From Escherichia phage vB_EcoS_SA126VB, in the sequence record OL960573.1: DNA of 61,753 nucleotides; one strand, written 5' to 3'. Positions 18,925 to 27,047 of the stretch are shown here, piece after piece; position 1 is the stretch's first letter; each line of letters opens with the position of its first letter. Under the pieces are notes generated by a model, which was given only the letters and a program-made list of their open reading frames with translations, was not told where the DNA came from and did no database searches. The position numbers and the translations under genes are program-made.

Positions 18925-21033
18925 ATGGCAACTCGTTTATATGGTATTCTGACGGATGGTTTAAATAAACCGATTGTTAACGCTACCGTCGCCCTTTTAG
19001 CAAAAGGGAACACAATTACCGTTCTTAATGGTAGTGAGGCTGTATTTCGTACAGACGGAGAAGGTGCCTATAATGTAACTGTGCAAGCAGGGCATTACAA
19101 AGTAATCATTGGACCACAGGGTCTTGAGCCTTATAAAGCTGGTGAGATAGTTATTTATTCCGACAGCCCTGAAGGTTCGCTAAACGGATATTTAATCAAC
19201 TGGGCTCCGGAAGAATTAACTCCGGACGTTATCAAACAAGTCCAGCAACTTGTGGCTAACTCTGAAGAATATGCTCTGCAAGCTGGTCGCTCTGCTGCCG
19301 CAGCAAACGCAGATGCTACGGACGCTCGCAATAGTAAGGCTTCCGCTGCTCAATCTGCTTCGGATGCACTTGTCTATAAAAATGATGCCAAAGCTAGCGA
19401 AGACGCTGCTAAACAAGCACAAGCTGGTGCTGCTGGTTCTGCTAACACTGCATCTCAAGCTGTAACCACAATTCAAGGTCTTAAATCTGACGTTGAGCAG
19501 TTAAAAACAGACACACAGGGTATTAAGGATAGCGCAGTAACGGAAACTACCGCGCTAAAAGACGCTGCTGCTGCTTCAGCTACGCAAGCAAGTAATAGTG
19601 CTGCCGAAGCAGGACAACAAGCTGGTAACGCGGCTGGTAGCGCAAATAGCGCTAAGGGCGACGCGGACCGTGCAAAGGCAGAAGCAGACCGTGCGGAAGT
19701 TGCAGCTAACAGGGCCCCGGATCTTCAACCTTTCCCTGACGTATGGATTCCATTTAATGACTCGCTTGATATGCTTGCAGGTTACTCGCCAGGGTATAAG
19801 AAAATAACAGTTGGTGAAGATGTTATTACAATGCCTTCTGATAAGGTTGTTAGTTTCTCGCGTGCGTCAAATGCAACATACATAAATAAGCATGGTGAAT
19901 TTTGCATTGCCAATATCGATGAACCTAGATTTGAAAAGCAAGGACTCTTGATTGAAGGCCAGAGGACAAATCACATTACTTTCAGTAATGACCCCGCTTC
20001 ATTAAATACAGATAAATACCGTAGTGATGTTACTTATAATGTTGATAAGTATGGTTTTGCATATGCAACGGCGACAGCAAACGAAAATTCACAAGGTGAG
20101 TATCCTTCATTATTTTATTGTGAAACAGTAAATGCAATCAACTGTCAGCAAAATGAATACGTTTCTTTATCTATACGAGTAAAGGCAAACTTGGATATCT
20201 ATATCACCCCACAATTTTATTTAGTAGGTGAGGATGGAGGTCTTATTCTTGGCGCTAGATCTTTCATAAGTTGCGAAACCGGCGAAGTTTCTTCTGTAGT
20301 AGAAGGGAGAGGGACTATAGCACATAGAATATATAGAGAAGACAACGGATGGTTGAAAGTTGAAGCTATGTGTAAATTTGTAGAACGTGGAGGTAGTTCT
20401 ATTGGATCTGTAAATTATTGTCGGAATAATGATCAACCTGTGCAAGTTGGGGATACAATATCATTTTGTACTCCGCAATTTGAAAAGGGTTTTTGTGCAT
20501 CCTCCTTCATTATTACGGGAAGCACGCCTGCAACAAGGGCTCTGGATTATGTTACTATACCTGCAAGAAATAATTTCTCAGGAACGAATATTTCATTCCT
20601 TGCTGAGGTAAGTATTAACTGGGATAGCTTTGAATTAGTTAATACATACCCGATGATAATGGATAACAGTAAATATAATATAGCAGGGGAATCTTTTGTA
20701 TCGGAGATGTTTATAGCTACAAGAGTGCCTAGCGTTTACTTTTTAAATAAGGAAACTGGACGTCCTACAGGCTCAAACGGAGCTTCATTTAGTGGTGTTG
20801 GCATCCCCTCCGTATGGGGTTTTATACATACAAAAAACGGGGATGTAACATCGTTTTTGAATGGTTTTAAGAATATAACATCCTCCGGTTCAACGTGGGA
20901 AGGACTATCTCCGGATTCCTTGCTGGAGATAGGCGGTAGACCTTCAGATCCAACTAAATTGTATGGTCATATTCGTAACCTTAGAATATGGAATCGAGTA
21001 TTAACGGATAGTCAAATGAGGGAGAAAGTTTAA
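18925..21033 (+). CDS. tail fibre protein
   Basis: About 700 aa; ATG 18925 with AGAGGT RBS (track start 18895 is TTG); Ala-rich coiled segment then C-terminal globular region. Confidence 0.55.
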   Translation: MATRLYGILTDGLNKPIVNATVALLAKGNTITVLNGSEAVFRTDGEGAYNVTVQAGHYKVIIGPQGLEPYKAGEIVIYSDSPEGSLNGYLINWAPEELTPDVIKQVQQLVANSEEYALQAGRSAAAANADATDARNSKASAAQSASDALVYKNDAKASEDAAKQAQAGAAGSANTASQAVTTIQGLKSDVEQLKTDTQGIKDSAVTETTALKDAAAASATQASNSAAEAGQQAGNAAGSANSAKGDADRAKAEADRAEVAANRAPDLQPFPDVWIPFNDSLDMLAGYSPGYKKITVGEDVITMPSDKVVSFSRASNATYINKHGEFCIANIDEPRFEKQGLLIEGQRTNHITFSNDPASLNTDKYRSDVTYNVDKYGFAYATATANENSQGEYPSLFYCETVNAINCQQNEYVSLSIRVKANLDIYITPQFYLVGEDGGLILGARSFISCETGEVSSVVEGRGTIAHRIYREDNGWLKVEAMCKFVERGGSSIGSVNYCRNNDQPVQVGDTISFCTPQFEKGFCASSFIITGSTPATRALDYVTIPARNNFSGTNISFLAEVSINWDSFELVNTYPMIMDNSKYNIAGESFVSEMFIATRVPSVYFLNKETGRPTGSNGASFSGVGIPSVWGFIHTKNGDVTSFLNGFKNITSSGSTWEGLSPDSLLEIGGRPSDPTKLYGHIRNLRIWNRVLTDSQMREKV

Positions 21034-21034
21034 A

Positions 21035-21301
21035 ATGAAAGATATTAATTTGCAATTTAAAGACGAAAAACATTATCGGGATGTTGTCATTAATAGTAAC
21101 TGGCTTAAGACAAACTACGGTAAAGTGTTTGTAGATGAAATTGGTTTTGTCCTCATAGTAGATGACCCGAAAAGTAGGACTCCAGTTGTCATTGGCAAAG
21201 AGGGTTATTATATAAACATAAGAATAATAGATAACAATGTAGACTTGTCAGAGCTTGAACAATTCATTATTAAGAACCCCTGTGTACGTAAATGGGCATA
21301 A
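21035..21301 (+). CDS. hypothetical protein (possible fibre assembly/accessory)
   Basis: 88-aa ORF between the two fibre genes. Confidence 0.4.
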   Translation: MKDINLQFKDEKHYRDVVINSNWLKTNYGKVFVDEIGFVLIVDDPKSRTPVVIGKEGYYINIRIIDNNVDLSELEQFIIKNPCVRKWA

Positions 21302-21311
21302 GAGGTGAACA

Positions 21312-23072
21312 ATGACTACTTATACTAATATTCCTCAGGACATTACAAAACTTAAATCCGAAAAGATGGATAAAAGTAATAACTTATCTGATCTTGCGGA
21401 CCGTGCTGCTGCGTGGTTAAACGTTCGACCAATTGGGTCTACACCATTAGCAGGAGACCCCGTTAGCGATTATGATGCAACAACTAAACGTTGGGTTGAG
21501 AACTTAATCAACACAGGTACAGTTGGTCCAACAATGAACGGGGTAATGAATTACGGGGTAGGGGATTTCCATCTTCGGGATAGTCGCGCTTACGTTCAAC
21601 CTTATGAGGTTACATCGGACGGGCAATTACTTAACCGTGCCGACTGGCCGGAATTGTGGGCTTACGCCCAAATGGTTGGGCTTATAGATGATAGTGAATG
21701 GTTAGCTGATAAATTCAAACGCGGCAAATATTCCTCTGGCGACGGAGTTACAACTTTCCGCGTACCAGATAAAAACGGTGTTCAGGAGGGATCTATTCGT
21801 GCGCTTTATGGTCGTGGTGATGGTGGAAACTCCTCTGCAAATGGGCAACTGTTCGAATCCGCTGCGCCTAATATTACAGGTTTTTTCACCACATATTCAG
21901 CTCAAACCTATGGCCAGGTATTAGGTCAAACTGGTGGTTGTTTTAACGCAAACAATAATGCTTTCCCTGAAGGAAAAGGCGAAGGAATCCCTCCAGGAAC
22001 TACAGCTCTTGCTGGACGTTACAACACCTGTGACTTCAATGCTTCAATTTCAAGTCCAATTTACGGCGCATCCACTGATGAAATCCTTACGCGCAACTTT
22101 GTCGGTGTGTGGGTAATCCGTGCGTCAGGTGGGTTTGTTGCGGCAAATACATCATGGAGTGTAATAAACGCTAATGCTGTCAAACCTTCTTCTGGAACAA
22201 TTGTAAGAGGGGGTAGTGTAAAATCAGAATACAAGATAGGTACGACTACCACACATCAAGCGTATTTGCAATCTTACGGAAAGATTGATGGATTGAGCAG
22301 CGAATCAGGGGCGGTGTTATCAAATGGTGTTCAGGAATGGGCATTTGGTCAGGATGGTACATTACGCCTTCCAAACGCAGAATTTCAGATCGGGACATTG
22401 AGAACTGATGGAGCACTACAGGTTGACGCATACATACGAGCAAAAGACTTCTACGCACAGCCGTTAAACTCTGTCGGCGTTTCTGCTATAGAAAGAAACG
22501 CCATAAGGATGATAAACTACGCCAATGTTGGAGAAGGGTATTTTGTAAACACTATAAGCGGCGATTGGTATGATGGAAGCTGGATTCTTGGTGGTATTCG
22601 CTCCGGTAGTACGTTGTTAGATAGGATGCAACTTAATGTCTCTGACGGAAGCGGAGGAGTTGCATCTTATCTTTTTGGGTCGGACGGTATAGCAAAATGC
22701 CAAGAATGGAGAAGTTTATCCGACAAACGCATTAAAAGTAATATTGAGCGTATAAACGATCCACTGTCCAAGATGCGGAACATTAAAGGCGTTAAATGGA
22801 CATTGGAAACAAATGGGTCAGTTGGGTATGGATTTATTGCTCAGGATGTAGAGAAGGATTTCCCTGAAGCAGTATCCGAAACAAAGTCCTCTCCTGTTAC
22901 CTTACGCAATGGTTCATCCGTGACTGATGTAAAGTCTGTAAACACTTCCGGTATAGCCGCAGCGCTACATCATGAAGCAATTCTTGCTTTGATGCAAAAA
23001 GTGGAGAACCTAGAAGCGGAATTAGCTGCACTAAAAGAAGCGAATGGTTCACAGCAAACTAACCTTCCATAA
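21312..23072 (+). CDS. tail fibre/spike with tail-collar-like N-terminal region and C-terminal S74-type intramolecular chaperone domain
   Basis: N-terminal LNRADWPELWAYA resembles the phage tail-collar motif; C-terminal SDKRIKSNIERI...KGVKWTLE...GFIAQDVEKDFPEAV matches the self-cleaving chaperone domain pattern. Confidence 0.65.
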   Translation: MTTYTNIPQDITKLKSEKMDKSNNLSDLADRAAAWLNVRPIGSTPLAGDPVSDYDATTKRWVENLINTGTVGPTMNGVMNYGVGDFHLRDSRAYVQPYEVTSDGQLLNRADWPELWAYAQMVGLIDDSEWLADKFKRGKYSSGDGVTTFRVPDKNGVQEGSIRALYGRGDGGNSSANGQLFESAAPNITGFFTTYSAQTYGQVLGQTGGCFNANNNAFPEGKGEGIPPGTTALAGRYNTCDFNASISSPIYGASTDEILTRNFVGVWVIRASGGFVAANTSWSVINANAVKPSSGTIVRGGSVKSEYKIGTTTTHQAYLQSYGKIDGLSSESGAVLSNGVQEWAFGQDGTLRLPNAEFQIGTLRTDGALQVDAYIRAKDFYAQPLNSVGVSAIERNAIRMINYANVGEGYFVNTISGDWYDGSWILGGIRSGSTLLDRMQLNVSDGSGGVASYLFGSDGIAKCQEWRSLSDKRIKSNIERINDPLSKMRNIKGVKWTLETNGSVGYGFIAQDVEKDFPEAVSETKSSPVTLRNGSSVTDVKSVNTSGIAAALHHEAILALMQKVENLEAELAALKEANGSQQTNLP

Positions 23073-23088
23073 CCACATCTAACTTCTC

Positions 23089-23113
23089 AGCGCGTCTTCG
23101 GGCGCGCTTTTTA
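23089..23113 (+). terminator. rho-independent terminator after fibre gene
   Basis: AGCGCG-tcttcggg-CGCGCT followed by TTTTTATT. Confidence 0.65.
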
Positions 23114-23242
23114 TTGACTGTCAATCCCAATTTACAAAATCTTTACATTTGGATCATTGTAAAAAGCATGTTAAGGGGTATGCTTTACTTCGTAACCAGT
23201 TGGTTACATCCTCTTAACAAATCCATATATGGAGATTTTCCT

Positions 23243-23950
23243 ATGTCTGACATGACTCTTTTACCTACTAATCTCGGTGGCGACGGTTTCGGTGGTGAAG
23301 CTGGTGCGGCTGGTATCGGTGGCGCGATCGGTGGCTTAATTGGTTCCTGGATCGGTAATGGTTGGGGTGGCAATGGTGGTTGGGGTGGTCGCGGTAACTT
23401 CGCTGGTCCGGTGGAAGTGCAAGCTTCTGTTGACACCAACGCAATTCTGCAAGCTATCAACAACGGTACTCTTCAGACCATTCAGGGGCAGAACGGTACT
23501 AACCTGACTGTTGAACGCTCCGCTGCTTCTACCTATAACGGTATTACTCAGCAGAACACTCAAAACCTGCTGGCTTCCGTTCAGGGTTTTGCTGGTCTGA
23601 ACGCGCAGATCCAGGGCGGCACCAGCCAAGTGCTCGCGGCTCTGTGTAACAACGAAGCGGCTAACATTACCCGTTCTTTCCAGGCCCAGTTAGCAGCCGA
23701 GAAGTGTTGCTGCGAAACCAACCTGAACATCGAGCGTCAAGCTGAAGCTACCCGTGCACTGATCCGTGATCAACACGCACAGGCGCAAGCTGTTCTGATC
23801 TGCGACCTGAAGTCCCAGTTGCAGGAAGCTCGCTTTGCGAACTCTCAGTTGGCGCAGACCGCTGGTCTTACCTGTAAGATCAATCAGGTTGAGCAGTTAG
23901 TTAACTTTAAACTGCCAACTCCTCCAACTCCTCCGACTGGCTGCTGCTAA
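23243..23950 (+). CDS. glycine-rich protein with Cys-containing C-terminus, unknown function
   Basis: ATG 23243 with GGAGA RBS; N-terminal GGDGFGGEAGAAGIGGAIGGLIGSWIGNGWGGNGGWGGRGN; C-terminal CCCE...PTPPTPPTGCC. Confidence 0.45.
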   Translation: MSDMTLLPTNLGGDGFGGEAGAAGIGGAIGGLIGSWIGNGWGGNGGWGGRGNFAGPVEVQASVDTNAILQAINNGTLQTIQGQNGTNLTVERSAASTYNGITQQNTQNLLASVQGFAGLNAQIQGGTSQVLAALCNNEAANITRSFQAQLAAEKCCCETNLNIERQAEATRALIRDQHAQAQAVLICDLKSQLQEARFANSQLAQTAGLTCKINQVEQLVNFKLPTPPTPPTGCC

Positions 23951-23972
23951 TCGTTGAAGTGTGGTTAAACTA

Positions 23973-24006
23973 AAGCGCCTTTCGCTCCTCCGCTTGGGGC
24001 GCTTTT
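23973..24006 (+). terminator. possible terminator (long-loop hairpin plus T-run)
   Basis: AAGCGCC ... GGCGCTT arms followed by TTTT; loop about 18 nt so weaker call. Confidence 0.35.
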
Positions 24007-24021
24007 AACAGAGGTACTATC

Positions 24022-24390
24022 ATGAGCCACATTAAAATCGCAACGATGGGAATACCACGGGTCAAATTGCCTAAGGTTGCTTTACCTCGCATTAGCGTAG
24101 GCGAGCACCACCATGAACATGAGAAAGAGGAATATAAACATGCTCACTCTTATGCTCGAGATCATGAACATATGGCAGCTATGTCAAATGTTCTTGACCG
24201 GATGGAAGAACCTCCGCATACGTGGGCGGCGTACCACGACAAGCCCGGCGGTATGATGTCCATTGTTGAAATGGAATACCGCGAATTAATGGAGTGTAAG
24301 AAAGAAGGCGACCGCGCAGGGATCATGAAAGAGTTGACTGATCTTGCCGCGGCTTGTACTTGCGCTCTTCAAAAAATGAAAGATATGTAA
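24022..24390 (+). CDS. hypothetical protein with histidine-rich segment
   Basis: 122 aa; GEHHHEHEKEEYKHAHSYARDHEHM; AGAGGT RBS. Confidence 0.5.
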   Translation: MSHIKIATMGIPRVKLPKVALPRISVGEHHHEHEKEEYKHAHSYARDHEHMAAMSNVLDRMEEPPHTWAAYHDKPGGMMSIVEMEYRELMECKKEGDRAGIMKELTDLAAACTCALQKMKDM

Positions 24391-24405
24391 GAATAGGAAG
24401 CCGAC

Positions 24406-24936
24406 ATGCAAAACGTAAACGCAGGAATGGGCGTAACCCAGTTCAACGGGATGAAACCGAAAAACTCCATCAACATGGGCGGTGTTGATTGGACGTTACG
24501 TCGGGACGCTACCGATTCAACTACCATGTTCCCACACCAGAAGGTAAGCTGGCTTAATGCTGGCTGTGAACCTATGGGTGATGGAAGGGTTCATTACTGT
24601 TGGATTATGGGAGTGATACCGCCTACGCCGGGCACTATCGAACGACCCGTGAATGTGATGTATGTCGGCTTCCACCAGTTCAAGATCACAATTGCTCCAA
24701 ACTCCATTAGTCAGTCAGATCTTGATCGTATGCATGTTTACGTCAGCGATGGTACAGACTTCGCAGGGGATTTTATTAGTAAGTTTCTTGGTATGCAACC
24801 AGAGCAGCCTGTAGAAGCACGCGAGCATATTAGCCCGTGGCCACCCATGATTGATCAGGAAGTGCTGCAACCAAAGACCGCTCAAACGGTCCCTCAGAAA
24901 CCGGAGCAGAAGGTGAAACCAAATGACGAAGAATGA
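24406..24936 (+). CDS. hypothetical protein
   Basis: 176-aa ORF with AGGAAG RBS. Confidence 0.5.
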   Translation: MQNVNAGMGVTQFNGMKPKNSINMGGVDWTLRRDATDSTTMFPHQKVSWLNAGCEPMGDGRVHYCWIMGVIPPTPGTIERPVNVMYVGFHQFKITIAPNSISQSDLDRMHVYVSDGTDFAGDFISKFLGMQPEQPVEAREHISPWPPMIDQEVLQPKTAQTVPQKPEQKVKPNDEE

Positions 24937-25207
24937 AGGTATTGATAAAGTCGTTGAAGGGCTTTCTATTCGTGCTCATGTTATAGCAGACGAAGGTCAT
25001 GATCAACTCACAATTATGAAATCTGCATTCAGCGATTTTAAGTCTCTTGGAAACTTAAGCGGGTTAATGACTGTGGTGTCGACCGGAAAATTAACCCAGC
25101 AGCAAATCAGTCTGGCTCAGCGTATTGCTGTTAAAGTTATTGCGGTACTTGGGATGATTGAAGCTGAAAAGCCCAGTTCCAAGCAGGATAACGAAAGCGA
25201 CCTTTAA
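24923..25207 (+). CDS. hypothetical protein
   Basis: 94-aa ORF overlapping previous stop. Confidence 0.45.
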   Translation: MTKNEGIDKVVEGLSIRAHVIADEGHDQLTIMKSAFSDFKSLGNLSGLMTVVSTGKLTQQQISLAQRIAVKVIAVLGMIEAEKPSSKQDNESDL

Positions 25208-25218
25208 GGAGGTCTACT

Positions 25219-25422
25219 ATGTGTGGTAATACTAACCGTTGCTGTCTAGGCAGTCCTGCAACACAAGCAGGTATACTTCAGGGGCAATTGGCGCAAGCAG
25301 CTTGTAATTGCAAAACGTTTCAACCTGTACCCGTAACACCAGTGTTCGTAAACGCAGTGGCACCAGCAATTTTTAAGCCTTTTGACCTATATCCATATGG
25401 TAGTTTCTTTCGTATATTTTAA
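25219..25422 (+). CDS. small Cys-containing hypothetical protein
   Basis: 67 aa, AAGGAGG RBS, followed by terminator. Confidence 0.45.
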   Translation: MCGNTNRCCLGSPATQAGILQGQLAQAACNCKTFQPVPVTPVFVNAVAPAIFKPFDLYPYGSFFRIF

Positions 25423-25431
25423 GACGTAGCA

Positions 25432-25457
25432 AGGGGCCGCTAGAGCCCCTTTTCTTT
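25432..25457. terminator. terminator at the switch from rightward to leftward genes
   Basis: AGGGGC-cgctaga-GCCCCT followed by TTTTCTTT on the plus strand; convergent gene ends. Confidence 0.6.
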
Positions 25458-25737
25458 AACGCTTATGAAAAGCTGACAGGATTGCGAGTGTTACAGCACC
25501 CAATCCGACGACGGTAGCATAAGTAAGTTGGTGTTGAACTTTAACAAAACCGTAATAGGTGCTAGGGATCTCCACAACCCCAAACGCCATGGCAAAACTT
25601 GTCCCAAGAAGTGCTACAGCAAGGGCGCGTAATAACGCCCTGCTCATTGCTGTAAAGCCCTTCTCATTACTATCTCCGGTCATTATAACAACAATGATTA
25701 GAAATAGCGCAACGACAACTAATAGATATTCCATCAT
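25456..25737 (-). CDS. small membrane protein
   Basis: 93 aa, two hydrophobic helices. Confidence 0.45.
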   Translation of the reverse strand: MMEYLLVVVALFLIIVVIMTGDSNEKGFTAMSRALLRALAVALLGTSFAMAFGVVEIPSTYYGFVKVQHQLTYATVVGLGAVTLAILSAFHKR

Positions 25738-25940
25738 TTGCGTCTCCTGTACATGTATTGATCATACGCAGTCGCAATAATAGTGACTGGCCAGCAAGCG
25801 AGTATACATAGAAGACTTACAATCTTCTCCCAACGTTTCTTATGGGCTAGCGCATAATCATAGTTATTCCAACAAAAGAAATAAGTCATTGCTGCAATAA
25901 CTGCACCAATTACAAAATACATAACCACATATTCAGTCAT
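25734..25940 (-). CDS. small membrane protein
   Basis: Start moved to ATG 25940 (track start 25946 is TTG); two hydrophobic segments. Confidence 0.45.
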   Translation of the reverse strand: MTEYVVMYFVIGAVIAAMTYFFCWNNYDYALAHKKRWEKIVSLLCILACWPVTIIATAYDQYMYRRRK

Positions 25941-26124
25941 TAACAAACTCCCATGTTAAATGATTACGATATACACCATTGTCTACATACCGTCCGGGAC
26001 GTGGATCAAAGCTAGGTACAGTAAATGCTAACGTTCCCGCAGTGTAAAGTTGCACCTTTTGTCCGTTCCACGGTCCGCCTATCAATTTAAAAGTCTGTCG
26101 ATAACCTTTTGCAGCTTTAGCCAT
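25933..26124 (-). CDS. hypothetical small protein
   Basis: ATG 26124 preceded by AAGGAG (track start 26130 is GTG). Confidence 0.4.
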   Translation of the reverse strand: MAKAAKGYRQTFKLIGGPWNGQKVQLYTAGTLAFTVPSFDPRPGRYVDNGVYRNHLTWEFVND

Positions 26125-26136
26125 GCTCACTCCTTA

Positions 26137-26160
26137 AATACCCGCGCGAACGCGGGTATT
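26137..26160 (-). terminator. intercistronic stem-loop (possible attenuator/terminator)
   Basis: AATACCCGCG-cgaa-CGCGGGTATT perfect 10-bp stem directly upstream of the RBS of the next leftward gene. Confidence 0.4.
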
Positions 26161-26166
26161 TCTTTG

Positions 26167-26373
26167 TTACGCTTCCGGTGTTTCTGGTAATGGTTCATCA
26201 GGAACAACAATAACGTCGGCTAAAACTTTTAACGCTTCTTGTTGCTCCGCTGTCATATTATTCCAGTAATAGACGTGAATGTAAACTACTGGTTTGTCAC
26301 CATGTTGCCACGGTTCGCGACTTACTACATCCGCAGCTAAATCGCTTGCTACGCTCTTTTCTTTACCAGCCAT
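26167..26373 (-). CDS. hypothetical protein
   Basis: 68-aa ORF with ATG start. Confidence 0.4.
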   Translation of the reverse strand: MAGKEKSVASDLAADVVSREPWQHGDKPVVYIHVYYWNNMTAEQQEALKVLADVIVVPDEPLPETPEA

Positions 26374-26405
26374 GCTAATGTACCCCTTTAATGTTTTACA
26401 CGCGG

Positions 26406-26699
26406 CTAGCCCCCAAAAGTACCCCTATGATCAAGGGTGCTAATGCGCTTCTCCAGCCAACGTGCGTTCTTTTCAAAATGTTTATTGGTACGCGCTGCTT
26501 TGCACGCATCAATAATACCTAACTCACATCCAAGCTGCGTTTGTCCCATCACGTAAGAATGGGTTAACATGCTGGATACAAGCTCTTCGCATTGTAACTT
26601 AATAGGATGGTCTTGGCATAGTTTCTTTGCTGCATCTTTTAAATCCACAGCTTGGACACCAGGCGCTATCAGCAAAGTTACGAGTAATAAACGTTTCAT
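26406..26699 (-). CDS. secreted/periplasmic small protein
   Basis: N-terminal MKRLLLVTLLIAPGVQA signal-peptide-like segment; four Cys in mature part. Confidence 0.45.
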   Translation of the reverse strand: MKRLLLVTLLIAPGVQAVDLKDAAKKLCQDHPIKLQCEELVSSMLTHSYVMGQTQLGCELGIIDACKAARTNKHFEKNARWLEKRISTLDHRGTFGG

Positions 26700-26983
26700 T
26701 ATGCTTTCCCTTTACGACATAAGGCTTGAAGTTCCAGAAGCGCATCAATGTCTTCCTGTGGAGTTACACCGACGTGAATTGGATATTTAGCGCGACATTC
26801 GTAGCCAACTTCAACAGTGTGGTTAATGTAACCATAAACACATCCACCAATAACAGTGAAGATAAGCGCAACAATCATTGTAAGGTATTTACCTTGTTTG
26901 CGTTCTTCATTTTGTTTATTAAGCTGACGGTTAAGTTCCACCGCGTCGATTTTACCTTTGTTGTAATCGTCTACTAAGCTCAT
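26699..26983 (-). CDS. small membrane protein
   Basis: ATG 26983 with AAGAGGAG RBS (track start 27040 is TTG and lies inside a terminator hairpin); one transmembrane segment. Confidence 0.45.
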   Translation of the reverse strand: MSLVDDYNKGKIDAVELNRQLNKQNEERKQGKYLTMIVALIFTVIGGCVYGYINHTVEVGYECRAKYPIHVGVTPQEDIDALLELQALCRKGKA

Positions 26984-27010
26984 TTTGCATCTCCTCTTGT
27001 TGTATGCATA

Positions 27011-27037
27011 TATTAAAACAGACCCGCGAAGGGTCTG
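27011..27037 (-). terminator. rho-independent terminator after DNA polymerase gene
   Basis: CAGACCC-gcgaa-GGGTCTG followed on the minus strand by UUUUAAUA. Confidence 0.6.
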
Positions 27038-27047
27038 CAAGTGGAAT

